Source: Thermoplasmatales archaeon (GTDB lineage: Archaea > Thermoplasmatota > Thermoplasmata > Thermoplasmatales > Thermoplasmataceae). Taken from it: DNA of 64,000 nucleotides. The notes beneath the pieces were generated by a model, which ran no database searches, was not told the DNA's origin, and worked only from the letters and a program-made list of their open reading frames with translations. Positions 9,134 through 19,791 of the stretch are shown in pieces. The position numbers were made by a program, and so were the translations under genes. The DNA lies in the NCBI GenBank assembly GCA_027310185.1, contig DAIDBH010000011.1:96001-160000 (forward strand), given 5' to 3'. The stretch's first letter is position 1, and every line of letters begins with the position of its first letter.

Positions 9134-9565
9134 AATGAATACAAGCGATTTTACAATTTAAAATTTTGCATGAAATATTTATAGAATTGAGTTAATTAAA
9201 ACTTTTACCAATATACACGACTTAAGTGCTAATTAAGAAAGGGGAAATTTTTGTATTTTTTAAAGTATAAGTTTTGCATAGAATTGTTTGCCTACGATTC
9301 TTATTTCTCTAAAACAACCTTGATTCGCAAGCCTTTCACACTAGTATCAAATAATCGGTTCTGCTTATTTTTACTGAGATATATAAAACTTTCACAACAT
9401 GTGTTATCAGTTGATCACCTTATGTAATGGAAAATTACCTATTTATATAACTTTTAGGTGATTTTTTAGAGAGCATGCGTATAAAAGTGTAGTTAGTCAT
9501 AATCTTTAAAAACATCGGATAAGAGATCCTGTAAACAATTAAGAAATATTGGATGTAAGCCTCCA

Positions 9566-10807
9566 TTATTGAGGCAGAGGTATCTTTGATCTCGAAAGAT
9601 AGATATTCAGCATTATCCCTATTATGGAAAGCACCAGCATGATTAAAAAGACTCCATCCCACCCCAGATCACTTATGAGTGATGAAGTAACGAAGGGTCC
9701 GATTGCATCGGCAGAATTCGATATGAGACCCATTCCGAATGCTCCCGCACTCATTATGGCCAGAGGAAATACATTTCCAGGAAGGGCCCAGTAATTCGGT
9801 GGAAACATCATCAGGAATCCATTGACTACCGCAGCAAATAATAGATCATAATAAGAGAAGCTTCCTATTACAATCATAAGCAGAATTCCTACTGCCATAA
9901 GAATATCAGCAGATGTCATAATTACAAGTCTTGCATTCAGAATACCTCTGTTCGTATTCTTTCCCTTCGCAAGATAATCTCCAAGGATTGCTCCTATGAA
10001 AGCAGCTACAAATCCAGACAAACCCCACGCAATGATAAGGTTGCTTGTTTGCGAACTTGAATAGCCAAGGTGATATGAATAGGAAGATAAATATCCTCCA
10101 ACGCTGAACAGAACCCATGCTAGCGGGAACTGGAGCAACCCCATCAGGATCACCATGGGATTTTTCCATGCACTCTGGTGATGTTCACTCTTGGCCTTAA
10201 CAATAGCATTTCTCTGGGACTCTGAATCCCTTGCAAAAATAAAGTAAATTATGGCACCGGCAACCATCACTATACCTGTAATATAGTAAGTTTCCTGCCA
10301 GGAAAATGCAATCAGGGCACCGGAAAGAACTCCTCCTGCAGCACTGCCTAAGCTTATGGCACCAAGGGTGAAGGCAAGTGATCTTGCCCGTTCCTTAGGA
10401 GGAAACCATCCAGCAAGCTGGATTGAAAACAGCGCCAGCATCATTATCATCAGGCCCTGAAAGAAACGGAGCGCTATCAACGCGTAAGGGTTAGGAAAGA
10501 CCGGAATGAGAAACTGAGGCACTATGAGGAAAATCTGTGCAACAAGAACACCTGTTTTCAATTTTGTATCGAATATACCGCCATGGCCAAGAAAAAATGC
10601 TACAAATAATCCCACAGAAAATGCATCAACACCATATACTGAAAGTGTAGTTGGGCTAATCCCAAAAGTGGTTGCCATTTTTGTGGACATTATGCCAAAG
10701 GCAGTGAGTGATATGAAACTGGTAGTCATAAGCAGGCCAGCAATACCTGCCATTATCCATCTATATCGTGATTTCTGGTCATCCGTAATCGCTGGATTTT
10801 CAGTCAT
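9566..10807 (-). CDS. MFS transporter
   Basis: About 12 TM segments; ALRFFQGL and WFPPKERARS motifs. Confidence 0.88.
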   Translation of the reverse strand: MTENPAITDDQKSRYRWIMAGIAGLLMTTSFISLTAFGIMSTKMATTFGISPTTLSVYGVDAFSVGLFVAFFLGHGGIFDTKLKTGVLVAQIFLIVPQFLIPVFPNPYALIALRFFQGLMIMMLALFSIQLAGWFPPKERARSLAFTLGAISLGSAAGGVLSGALIAFSWQETYYITGIVMVAGAIIYFIFARDSESQRNAIVKAKSEHHQSAWKNPMVILMGLLQFPLAWVLFSVGGYLSSYSYHLGYSSSQTSNLIIAWGLSGFVAAFIGAILGDYLAKGKNTNRGILNARLVIMTSADILMAVGILLMIVIGSFSYYDLLFAAVVNGFLMMFPPNYWALPGNVFPLAIMSAGAFGMGLISNSADAIGPFVTSSLISDLGWDGVFLIMLVLSIIGIMLNIYLSRSKIPLPQ

Positions 10808-10936
10808 GTTGCAACAAACGATTGCATGTTATTTAAGGTCAGCACCTCTTATATCAGTTTTATTTGGATCAATATGATAGGGCCAATATAAACTAACCTA
10901 ATAGTTAAAATTATACCTGAGTATAATGTAATTGAA

Positions 10937-12637
10937 ATGGAAGATGGGAATTCAATAATGCAAGAGATGGAAGAATTATGGAAGAAAAATTATCCTCCAG
11001 GAACAAGACGTGAATTCAGCATTCCTGAAAGAACATTATATTCTGTCTTACAGGACGTTGCATTGAGGAATCCAAACAGGGTATCTTTAAAATTTATTGG
11101 AAAACAGTATACCTACTCTGAATTGAAGGCCATGGTTGATGATGCATCTGAATTTCTAAAGGCAAATGGAATAAACCCTGGTGATCGGGTAGGTATCATG
11201 TTACCGAATTCTCCTGCATACGTGATAATGTTTTTTGCCATATGCAAGGTAGGAGCAGTAGTAGTCCAGATAAATCCACTCTATACAAGCTTTGAAATCA
11301 GTACAGAGCTTTCGGATTCAAATTCAGATGTAATAATAATTCTTGATGATTTTTATGAAAAAGTTGCAACACTTTATAAAAAATATCTGAACAGGATAAT
11401 CATCTGCAAGATTCAGGATTACCTGTCTGGGCCTGTAAAAGGTTTTTACAATCTGGGGAGAGCCTTCAGAAGAAACAGGATAAAAATTCCTTCAGATAAG
11501 GACATAATTTTCTATAAATTTGATAAAAAAACTGGAAAAGAAAGCAGGGAAGCAAAGATAGATCCTGTGTCGACCCCTGCTATAATACAGTATACAGGTG
11601 GAACAACGGGAATACCGAAGGGTGCAATATTAACTCACCAGAATCTAATCTCTAATGTATACCAAATCAATGAGTGGGTTCCTGATAGCTATAAAAAGGA
11701 AGCAGAAGTCCTTGCTGCGATCCCATTTTTCCATGTATATGGGATGATGACTGCAATGCTGTTTCCAATTTTTAACGGAATGCCAGTCACAATTATACCG
11801 GACCCAAGAAACACGAAACTCATCATCAGCACAATGAAAAAGGGGAAAAATATAACATTTCCCGGAATTCCAACAATGTATCATTCCATTATAAAGAACC
11901 TTAAGGGTGATCATAAGGCATTATCCAATACTTCACTGCTTTTCTCAGGTGCAGCACCTATGCCTGAAGAACTCGAAAATCAATTCACATCTCTAACAAG
12001 TGTAATAATCATAGAAGGATACGGACTGTCAGAATCATCACCTGTTGTTTCAATAACTCCAGTGGACCCCTCAAAGAGAAAGAGGGGAACTGTGGGCTTT
12101 CCAATCCCAAATACTTCTATCAGGATTGTTGACATCGAGAATGGATCAAAAATTATTGGTATTGGTGAACCAGGAGAAATAACCGTGAAGGGTCCGCAGG
12201 TCATGCTCGGTTACCTGAACAGGAAAGAAGAAACAGGACAGGTACTTCGTGATGGATGGTTATACACTGGTGATATAGGATTTGTAGATGAAGAGGGATA
12301 TATCCATATAATAGATAGAAAGAAAGACATGATAATAGCAGGCGGGTATAACATATATCCCAGAGAAATTGAAGAGATACTCCTTAAAAACGAGAAAATT
12401 GAGGATGCCGCTGTCATAGGCATCAAGGACCTGCACCGTGGAGAAACAGTCAAGGCTTATATAGTTCTCAAGAAGGACCAGATTATGACTGAAAAAGAGG
12501 TAATTTCTTACTGTTCAGAGAAACTGGCTATCTACAAGATACCTAAAAGTGTAGAATTTGTAGACTCACTTCCGAAAAGTCTAGTGGGAAAAGTATTGAG
12601 AAGAGAACTGGCAGAGAGAAATGAAAAAAGGGCATAA
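10937..12637 (+). CDS. fadD: Long-chain-fatty-acid--CoA ligase
   Basis: YTGGTTGIPKG, PFFHVYG, EGYGLSE, GWLYTGD, DRKKDMI and PKSLVGKVLR. Confidence 0.92.
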   Translation: MEDGNSIMQEMEELWKKNYPPGTRREFSIPERTLYSVLQDVALRNPNRVSLKFIGKQYTYSELKAMVDDASEFLKANGINPGDRVGIMLPNSPAYVIMFFAICKVGAVVVQINPLYTSFEISTELSDSNSDVIIILDDFYEKVATLYKKYLNRIIICKIQDYLSGPVKGFYNLGRAFRRNRIKIPSDKDIIFYKFDKKTGKESREAKIDPVSTPAIIQYTGGTTGIPKGAILTHQNLISNVYQINEWVPDSYKKEAEVLAAIPFFHVYGMMTAMLFPIFNGMPVTIIPDPRNTKLIISTMKKGKNITFPGIPTMYHSIIKNLKGDHKALSNTSLLFSGAAPMPEELENQFTSLTSVIIIEGYGLSESSPVVSITPVDPSKRKRGTVGFPIPNTSIRIVDIENGSKIIGIGEPGEITVKGPQVMLGYLNRKEETGQVLRDGWLYTGDIGFVDEEGYIHIIDRKKDMIIAGGYNIYPREIEEILLKNEKIEDAAVIGIKDLHRGETVKAYIVLKKDQIMTEKEVISYCSEKLAIYKIPKSVEFVDSLPKSLVGKVLRRELAERNEKRA

Positions 12638-12709
12638 GCCATGATTCATACTCTACAGCTGAAAACTGAGCTGTGAAATATTAATTCATTAATAAAAATA
12701 ATCATTAGA

Positions 12710-12792
12710 CGCGAGGAGTGGGATTCGAACCCACGCTTTCCATAGGAAAAACAGCTTAGCAGGCTGCCGCCGTACCGCTGGGCCATCCTCGC
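12710..12792 (-). tRNA. tRNA-Ser(GCT)
   Basis: Minus strand GCGAGGA...TCCTCGC-G, anticodon arm GCAGC-CT-GCT-AA-GCTGT, long variable arm, GGTTCGAATCCC. Confidence 0.93.
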
Positions 12793-12800
12793 ATTTTTCA

Positions 12801-12962
12801 TTAATTGGAGAATCGTTCCCCGAGATCGTTTGCTATCTGCTCCAAAATATCCTCAAATTGTTCATTCTCCAGGTTAACAACTTCTCCAGAGGGCAACGTT
12901 ATCCTTGCCTGATATACGTCTCCATCCTTGGATATTTCAACTTCAGCCAATCTGTCCGTCAT
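12801..12962 (-). CDS. 53-aa acidic hypothetical protein MTDRLAEVEISKDGDVYQARITLPSGEVVNLENEQFEDILEQIANDLGERFSN
   Basis: Clean ATG-TAA ORF below the 60-aa track cutoff; TATTATA about 25 nt upstream; globular beta-beta-beta-alpha pattern. Confidence 0.7.
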   Translation of the reverse strand: MTDRLAEVEISKDGDVYQARITLPSGEVVNLENEQFEDILEQIANDLGERFSN

Positions 12963-13088
12963 TAAACCTGTAATTAGATTACCTATAATATTCTTTGGAA
13001 CTCTTCAAGGAAGAATTACCCTGAACAAGCTTTCCTATTGCGGTTAAAATATATACCTCTTTATAGAGTTTTGAGATACCCTTGTCTA

Positions 13089-14345
13089 ATGAAAACTGAA
13101 TTTAAAGCACTTTACAGTACTTCTCTTGCTCATCTCTCAAACGATGGGGTTTTCCTCTTGTTCTCATCATTAATAGTATATTATTCTGAACCATCCTTGG
13201 GCTTGAATATAACAATCCTTGGTTATTTCGCAACCATATATGTTTTCGTTTCAGGCATACTCAGCATTCCTGTTGGCAGATGGTCAGATTCTGGAGACAG
13301 GGATCCGGAACTAATGACTCTGGGAATACTTATACTGGCAATATCGCTGGTCACATTTTCTATCCCATTCCTTTTCTCATCTTCAATGGCAATCTTAACC
13401 AAATATCTCGTAGTTGGATTGGGTGCATTCATTCTTGGACTTGGTCAGGCATTCTACCATCCACTTGGTGCAGATATATTGAGATATTCACTCAAGGGAA
13501 GAGATTCATCGTTCCTGCTTGGAATTAACGGCTCTTTCGGTAGTATAGGAAGGGCTGTAATTCTAATTGTAGTTGGTATTATGATAGTTGATTATGGGGC
13601 TTTCAGGGGACTGTTCTATCTTTCCCTGTACTATTTTGTGGTCGCCATAGTCATTTACATAATGTCAAGAAATTTGAGAAAATCGGAGACCTATCGTGAA
13701 AAGAGAAAGGAGGCCATAATAGAGAGAAAAGAACTTGTTACGATGAAATCATTACCAGGAGTCAGGGGATTTCTTGCCATATTGACAGTAACACTATTCC
13801 TCAGATCAGCTTTTCAACTCGCAATTTCCACATATGCATTTACATACATCGATGGAATTTTCAAAAGCAGTTTTCTCTCATTTCTATTCCTTGCAGTGGC
13901 ACTTGTCACACCAATAGTAGGTCAGCCAATATTCGGCCAGCTCACCAGGAGGAAGGGGGGAGATTTCACATTACTCTTCGCAGGTGTCCTGTCATTTCTG
14001 GCTTTCCTTCCATTTCTTTACTTTTCACAGGATTATGTCCTATCCCTTATCTTCTTTTCTATCTATGCTTTCGGGGCATTTACCGGTTTCCCATCAATTC
14101 TTGGGTTCCTGAACCAGAAAATACCAAAGGAAGTGTCAACACGGGCAAACACTTGGGCATGGGGTATAGGGAACACAGTTGGAGGAGCATTTGGAATATT
14201 AATATTCACAACCCTCTTCGAGACATTGAAGATTCCCATGGAACTATCATTCATCATCATGCTTTCTTTCCTCATACTTTCTATCATAACAAACATAATG
14301 ATCAAGCCATTTGCAAAGAGACTGCCCTCCCAGATAACTCAATAA
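13089..14345 (+). CDS. MFS transporter (Fsr-like)
   Basis: SLAHLSNDG, GRWSD and GLGQAFYHP; about 12 TMs. ATG at 13089 preferred over TTG 13038. Confidence 0.87.
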   Translation: MKTEFKALYSTSLAHLSNDGVFLLFSSLIVYYSEPSLGLNITILGYFATIYVFVSGILSIPVGRWSDSGDRDPELMTLGILILAISLVTFSIPFLFSSSMAILTKYLVVGLGAFILGLGQAFYHPLGADILRYSLKGRDSSFLLGINGSFGSIGRAVILIVVGIMIVDYGAFRGLFYLSLYYFVVAIVIYIMSRNLRKSETYREKRKEAIIERKELVTMKSLPGVRGFLAILTVTLFLRSAFQLAISTYAFTYIDGIFKSSFLSFLFLAVALVTPIVGQPIFGQLTRRKGGDFTLLFAGVLSFLAFLPFLYFSQDYVLSLIFFSIYAFGAFTGFPSILGFLNQKIPKEVSTRANTWAWGIGNTVGGAFGILIFTTLFETLKIPMELSFIIMLSFLILSIITNIMIKPFAKRLPSQITQ

Positions 14346-14465
14346 ATTATTCCGGATATTTATTGATATCTCATATTTTTTATATTCAAAAATGTAAAGA
14401 TATGATGGAAAATCTACCAAATCGTTTAATACGATCTAGCTATTTTTGAGGAAGGTCATAATTTC

Positions 14466-15734
14466 ATGCCAGTTAAAAATTCAGAATTGAAGGGGTTTTA
14501 CAAGAAAAGTACAGAGGAAAGAATCGAGACTTTAAAGGGTTACTGCCAGCTCAACGATGAAGAAATTTCAATTCTTGAGAATCGTGGTTCCCTGAGTCAG
14601 GAAACTGGAGAGAAACTGGTTGAAAACTATATTTCAAACATGGAAATTCCCATGGGGATCGCAACTAATTTCAGTATAAACGGCAGAGATTATCTAATTC
14701 CAATGGCTATTGAAGAACCCTCAGTAATTGCAGCATGTTCCAATGGAGCAAGGATTGCAAGAATGGCTGGTGGTTTCAGGGCTTATGCTTCCTCATCTAT
14801 TATGTTTGGTCAGATACAGTTGACTGATCTTGAGGATGTGTATAAGGCCAGAACAGAAATCCTAATGGAAAAAGAGAATATTTTGCGAATTGCAAACGAG
14901 GCAAGCAAGACATTAAGCAAATTAGGGAAAGGGGCCAGGGACATCACATTTCATGATGTGAAGTATGATGATCATGTACTGATTATACATCTTGAAATAG
15001 ACACTGGAGATGCAATGGGTGCAAATATCATAAACAGTATGGTAGAAAAGGTATCGCCATTCATAGAAGCGATAACAGGAGGTAAGGTAGTACTCAAGAT
15101 CCTTAGTAACCTAACACCACTCAGAATAGTCAGGGCATATGCAACTTTTAGGAAAGATGCAATCGGTGGTCCTGACGTTGTCCAGAGATTTATTCATGCA
15201 GCGAGACTTGCAGAGGAAGATATATTCAGGGCTGCAACACATAACAAGGGTATTATGAATGGAATCGATGCAGTATTACTTGCAATCATGAATGACTGGA
15301 GACAAGCTGAGGCTAATGCGCACGCATATGCAGCAATAAAAGGCTCGTATGGCTCGCTTACACATTACAATCTGGATAAAAACGGAGATATAACCGGGTC
15401 TATTGAGATACCTATCAGTGTTGGTACTGTTGGAGGGACATCTGCCAGTATTCCAAAGGCAAAAATATGTCAGAAGATTCTGGGTATAAAAGAAGCCAGG
15501 GAACTGGAAGAAGTGCTGGCATGCGTAGGACTTTCACAGAATTTTGCTGCAATGAGGGCCCTGAGTGATGAAGGAATACAGAAGGGCCACATGGCACTGC
15601 ACTCCAAAAATCTGGCAATTGCAGTGGGAGCCACCGGCGATGACATTGAAAAAGTCGCTGAAATGCTGGTAAAATCTGGTTCGATAAATATGACAAATGC
15701 AAGGGAAATTCTGGATAAATTAAGGGAAAGGTGA
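14466..15734 (+). CDS. mvaA: Class II HMG-CoA reductase
   Basis: ENYIS, PMAIEEPSVIAA, DAMGAN, AATHNKGIMNG and GIQKGHMALH. Confidence 0.93.
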   Translation: MPVKNSELKGFYKKSTEERIETLKGYCQLNDEEISILENRGSLSQETGEKLVENYISNMEIPMGIATNFSINGRDYLIPMAIEEPSVIAACSNGARIARMAGGFRAYASSSIMFGQIQLTDLEDVYKARTEILMEKENILRIANEASKTLSKLGKGARDITFHDVKYDDHVLIIHLEIDTGDAMGANIINSMVEKVSPFIEAITGGKVVLKILSNLTPLRIVRAYATFRKDAIGGPDVVQRFIHAARLAEEDIFRAATHNKGIMNGIDAVLLAIMNDWRQAEANAHAYAAIKGSYGSLTHYNLDKNGDITGSIEIPISVGTVGGTSASIPKAKICQKILGIKEARELEEVLACVGLSQNFAAMRALSDEGIQKGHMALHSKNLAIAVGATGDDIEKVAEMLVKSGSINMTNAREILDKLRER

Positions 15735-16486
15735 ATAGTATGGATAAAAGTGAATATGATGCTGGCATGAAGCAGGTTGAAAAGCTATTGAACAAGGAGA
15801 AATATCTTGATGCTCTTACTACGTTGAAGGGGATGCTTGAAAAGGCTGCTGATAATAAGGAGTATAAGGCTGATATCCTTAGCAAGATTTCAGAGGCGTA
15901 TTATGGAAAAGAAGGAGTAAAAACAGAGAATGCAATTTCGAACCTTATTGAGTCACTCAAGATCAGAACTGAGCTTGAACAGCCGGAGATTCTTGCTCTT
16001 GAGATGATGAATCTTGCATATCTACAGGACGAGGCCGGTAGCCTGGAAAATGCGGAAAAAACCCTGAAGGAGGCAATGGAAGTGGCCGATCAACTGGAAG
16101 ATGTAAGCCTTACATTATCGCTGAAAAATGCCCTTGCAGATATTCTGTCAGAAGACAAGAAAAATACTGAGGAGGCTACGAAGATATACAAAGAAATAAT
16201 GAATGAATCAGAGAAGGAAAAGATCTGGGAAATATATTATGAAGCCTGCGTCAGCCTCATAAAGCTTCTAAGGGATAGGGATAATATAGAAGAAGCCAAT
16301 AAATTATCGAATGAGAATATAGAAAAGGCCGAAGCCACCCTGAATTCATTCAAGACAAAGAAGGACAAGGAGGAATTCAAGGACATCATTTCATATCTTT
16401 ATGACGTCTCAATAGATCTGGCTATGGAAAACGAGGACATCGGAAGGGCAAGGGACCTTGCTGAAAAATTCAAGGGAGAGAAATAA
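15731..16486 (+). CDS. TPR-like helical repeat protein
   Basis: Repeated amphipathic helices (e.g. LAYLQDEAGSLENAEKTLKEAM); overlaps the HMGR stop. Confidence 0.7.
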   Translation: MNSMDKSEYDAGMKQVEKLLNKEKYLDALTTLKGMLEKAADNKEYKADILSKISEAYYGKEGVKTENAISNLIESLKIRTELEQPEILALEMMNLAYLQDEAGSLENAEKTLKEAMEVADQLEDVSLTLSLKNALADILSEDKKNTEEATKIYKEIMNESEKEKIWEIYYEACVSLIKLLRDRDNIEEANKLSNENIEKAEATLNSFKTKKDKEEFKDIISYLYDVSIDLAMENEDIGRARDLAEKFKGEK

Positions 16487-16964
16487 GGCTGAAAACGTCT
16501 CTTTCCATATCCTTTTTAATATCCGAATAATCGATGTAAAGATCATTCATAAGTGAGCAAAGCCTGATTGTCATATTTATATATCTTAAATTTTCAAGCT
16601 GTTTCTTGGATCTTTCCAGAGCTTCCTTTTTTGTCAATTTACCGGAGGCAACTACTGCATTGAGCAACCTGTCCAGATATGAAGCATCTCTGGTCTGCTC
16701 CTGAAATAGTTCCTCTTCATCTATAACCAGATCAATTGGCACATGTTCAGCGGGCGCATTGAAGTTAATGAGGAAGCTGTCTCCTTCCCTTGAAAGGAGT
16801 CCCTCCCTGACGCATTCATCCTCAAACCTTGATGTACTTTCTTCCTTCAAAAATTTCCTTTTGTAGACAAGAATATTAACCACATCCTTTCCAGAAATAG
16901 ATCTTGCATTCTTCTTTTCCTGTGAAACTACTGAAATAAGCTTTCTTGCCAGTTCCCTATCCAT
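16470..16964 (-). CDS. DUF2240-like archaeal protein
   Basis: Size and winged-helix-like N-terminus (VREGLLSREGD..INFN) recall DUF2240. Confidence 0.55.
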   Translation of the reverse strand: MDRELARKLISVVSQEKKNARSISGKDVVNILVYKRKFLKEESTSRFEDECVREGLLSREGDSFLINFNAPAEHVPIDLVIDEEELFQEQTRDASYLDRLLNAVVASGKLTKKEALERSKKQLENLRYINMTIRLCSLMNDLYIDYSDIKKDMERDVFSLISLP

Positions 16965-17127
16965 GTCACTCTCATATGAATATGCCTAATAATTTTTGTT
17001 AGATAAGAGATACATACCTAAAGAATCTCATACACCATGATGCAGATCGAAGAATTTGCGATTATATGTGGAATCCACAATGGAACAATACTAAGTTGTT
17101 CAGTTATTAACACTATAAATCCATACA

Positions 17128-17576
17128 ATGAATATGAGAATTTCGAAACGGTTAAAACATTATTCCATCCTCATAGGTGGTTTATTTACAATTTTTTCCA
17201 CGGTTGTAAATTTTACTGATAATTTGCTGAAATTTCACTACATAGAAAATCTATATGGAACGGATACATACTATAATTATAGTCAGCCAACTGTAGCTTC
17301 CATAAGTCACGAAACTAACCTGGATGCAGTTCTCATGATTTTTATAATAGTTTTGACGTTGACCACCGTCATTTCATCAAAGCTAATAATGAAAGAGTCA
17401 AGGAAAAGTAAAAAACTTGGAACAGTCATACTGGTTATGATAGTTATTTATTTACCCTAGGATGATGGGATTATGTCGGGGCAATCCTCATAATCATAGG
17501 TGTCTTTGCCTTCATCCTGAATGATGGGTACCTGGTTTTAGGAGAAAATGTAAAGACTCCATCAGAAACTCCATAA
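17128..17576 (+). pseudogene. Disrupted membrane-protein gene, paralog of 17663-18067
   Basis: ORF 17128-17460 stops mid-TM. Another frame continues FTLG*WDYVGAILIIIGVFAFIL...TAA 17576, matching the paralog C-terminus. Confidence 0.55.
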
Positions 17577-17662
17577 TTGCCTGCAAATGATGACTTTACT
17601 CATACAACATTCAAGCGCATTATAAATAGTAAATATTTTATATTTTAAACGTATGATAAATA

Positions 17663-18067
17663 GTGAAAATAACAAATGATCTTAAAAATCTGGCAATTTT
17701 AATTGGAGCGGTAATAGGAATTATTGCAGGTGTTTTTGAGCTAATAGTTGCTATTATAATTGGCACAGCCTCATTTAATGGCGGAGTGGTAAAAGTAACA
17801 GGAAACATTTCCTTATTTCCAGCTGCCTTTGGTTTTATTATAATAGTTATACTTTTACAGGTAATATTGTCAGGGATTTCAATTCTATATGGTCAGAAGC
17901 TCAGGTCTGGAGGTAATGAAAGAAGGCACAATAGCATAATTCTGCTGATTATTGGAATCGTATTGCTCATACTTCACGCTGGGTTCCTTATAGGTCCTAT
18001 ATTCATAATTCTGGGTGCAATTGCCTATTATGTGAAAGAGGGGGACATTTCAATAAATATAGATTAA
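17663..18067 (+). CDS. Small membrane protein (about 4 TM)
   Basis: Hydrophobic; C-terminal AGFLIGPIFIILGAI motif shared with 55547-55912. Confidence 0.7.
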   Translation: MKITNDLKNLAILIGAVIGIIAGVFELIVAIIIGTASFNGGVVKVTGNISLFPAAFGFIIIVILLQVILSGISILYGQKLRSGGNERRHNSIILLIIGIVLLILHAGFLIGPIFIILGAIAYYVKEGDISINID

Positions 18068-18135
18068 ATATTTCTCAATACCTAAAATGCATGGAGCAAG
18101 CTTTTTTTCGTAATTCATCTATTAATGCTCTACCT

Positions 18136-19791
18136 TTATTTATGCAGATACAACGCATAGCTTTCTGAGGTCTTGTTCACGAATGCGTATCTCTCAAACT
18201 GGATTATTCCGGTTGCCTTCACTGCATCTGATTCTATAAAGCCGCTGTCAGTTGTACCGTCCGGCCTGTACACTTCGAATTCCGGGGAATCTTCCTTCAC
18301 CCAGTGGATGATCTTTCTTTTTGTCTTATTTTCTGAATCCAGATAATGCCATTTCCCATTCCTGTAAATTATATTATACAGATCTTTCAGTCTGAGTATA
18401 TCGTTTTCTTTTGCGTCATTGATATCAGATTTTTGCAAATAGAGGGCCTGGTCTTTATTGAGAGTATATTTCCTGAAACCTCTTTCCGATTCTTTAGGAT
18501 AGAGAGGTATCAAGGATTCTATTTCAGGTGAATCCATGATCTGAACTTTCACTGGATCAGAGACAAAGAAATAACGATTGGCAGAATGGTCTATGAATTG
18601 CCTGTTCATCGAATTGAATATCTCCCACGAGAAATCAGAATTAACGTCATTCAGTCCTGAGTCTATCCAGTACTTTCTAAAAGTTTCCTTCTGGTAGCCT
18701 CTCCTTCTCAGCGCGAGGAGAGTCGCAAGTCTCACATCGTCCCATCCCCTGTATTCTCCCGCATCAATACCTTTCCTCATTGCTGTCGTACTGAGTATGG
18801 CATCTTGTATATTGATAAGTCCATAATGGAAATACTCCGGTATATCCCACTTGAAATAATTGAATATATATTTCTGTCTCTCCGTATTGTTCAGGTGATC
18901 CATTCCTCTTATCACGTGGGTCAGTCCAAGTTCATGATCATCCACCGCAACGCTGAAATTCATCAGGGGATAGAATCTATATTTCTTTCCAGTATGGGGA
19001 TGTGGCGTTTCTATGACCCTGAATGCTATCCAGTCTCTAACTGCAGGATTTGGATGCTTCAGATCAGTTTTTATGACAAGAACCGGTTTTACATCCTTAT
19101 CCTCTCCAGATATGATCCGGTCAAACTGTTCAACCATCAGATCAGGGGAAAGATTCCTGTGCGGGCAGGCTCTTGATTCCATCAGATCTCTCTTGAAATC
19201 TTCTACCCTGCACTTACATATGTAGGCTTTTCCCATCCGTATTAATTCTCTAGCCCTTGTATAATAAAGTTCCATCCTTTCTGACTGGATGACAAACTGT
19301 GTGAAGTTCACTTCCAGCCACCTGGTATCTTCCTGGATCATGTCGTAAGCCTTAGGATATATATTATTCGGGTTCGTATCTTCTATCCTGAGAATGAGTT
19401 CTCCGCCATATCTTTTCACATATTCATCATTAAGAATCAGCATCCTGCTGTGGCCAAGGTGAAGTGGTCCAGAAGGCGATGGTGCCATCCTCATTACAAC
19501 CTTTCCCCTAACATTTTTAAGATCAGGCAGGTGATGCTCCTCATTCTTTTTCTCAACGATGAGAATCTCACTGTATTTCTCCTTTGCAAGTGAAATCTGC
19601 TGGTCTATGCTTAGGGAATTTATTCTTGAAATAGTCTGGTTGATCTCAGACATCAGGTCCTTGATTGACGACCTGAGCTCAGGAAATGAACCGAGTAACT
19701 TATTAACAACACTTTTTAGTTCTGCCCTGCCATCGTGTTCGATGGCGTTCTTCAGGACATTCTTCTCAATATCCGTATTCAGTGAATTCAC
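18136..19791 (-). CDS. gltX: Glutamate--tRNA ligase
   Basis: RMAPSPSGPLHLGH, LRIEDTNP, THVIRGMDH, LSTT and GWDDVRLATL. Confidence 0.96.
   Translation of the reverse strand: MNSLNTDIEKNVLKNAIEHDGRAELKSVVNKLLGSFPELRSSIKDLMSEINQTISRINSLSIDQQISLAKEKYSEILIVEKKNEEHHLPDLKNVRGKVVMRMAPSPSGPLHLGHSRMLILNDEYVKRYGGELILRIEDTNPNNIYPKAYDMIQEDTRWLEVNFTQFVIQSERMELYYTRARELIRMGKAYICKCRVEDFKRDLMESRACPHRNLSPDLMVEQFDRIISGEDKDVKPVLVIKTDLKHPNPAVRDWIAFRVIETPHPHTGKKYRFYPLMNFSVAVDDHELGLTHVIRGMDHLNNTERQKYIFNYFKWDIPEYFHYGLINIQDAILSTTAMRKGIDAGEYRGWDDVRLATLLALRRRGYQKETFRKYWIDSGLNDVNSDFSWEIFNSMNRQFIDHSANRYFFVSDPVKVQIMDSPEIESLIPLYPKESERGFRKYTLNKDQALYLQKSDINDAKENDILRLKDLYNIIYRNGKWHYLDSENKTKRKIIHWVKEDSPEFEVYRPDGTTDSGFIESDAVKATGIIQFERYAFVNKTSESYALYLHK

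Noticed and set aside
14466-15734. Bacterial-type class II HMG-CoA reductase (and fhs) as novel HGT
   Set aside because: Already known for Thermoplasmatales.
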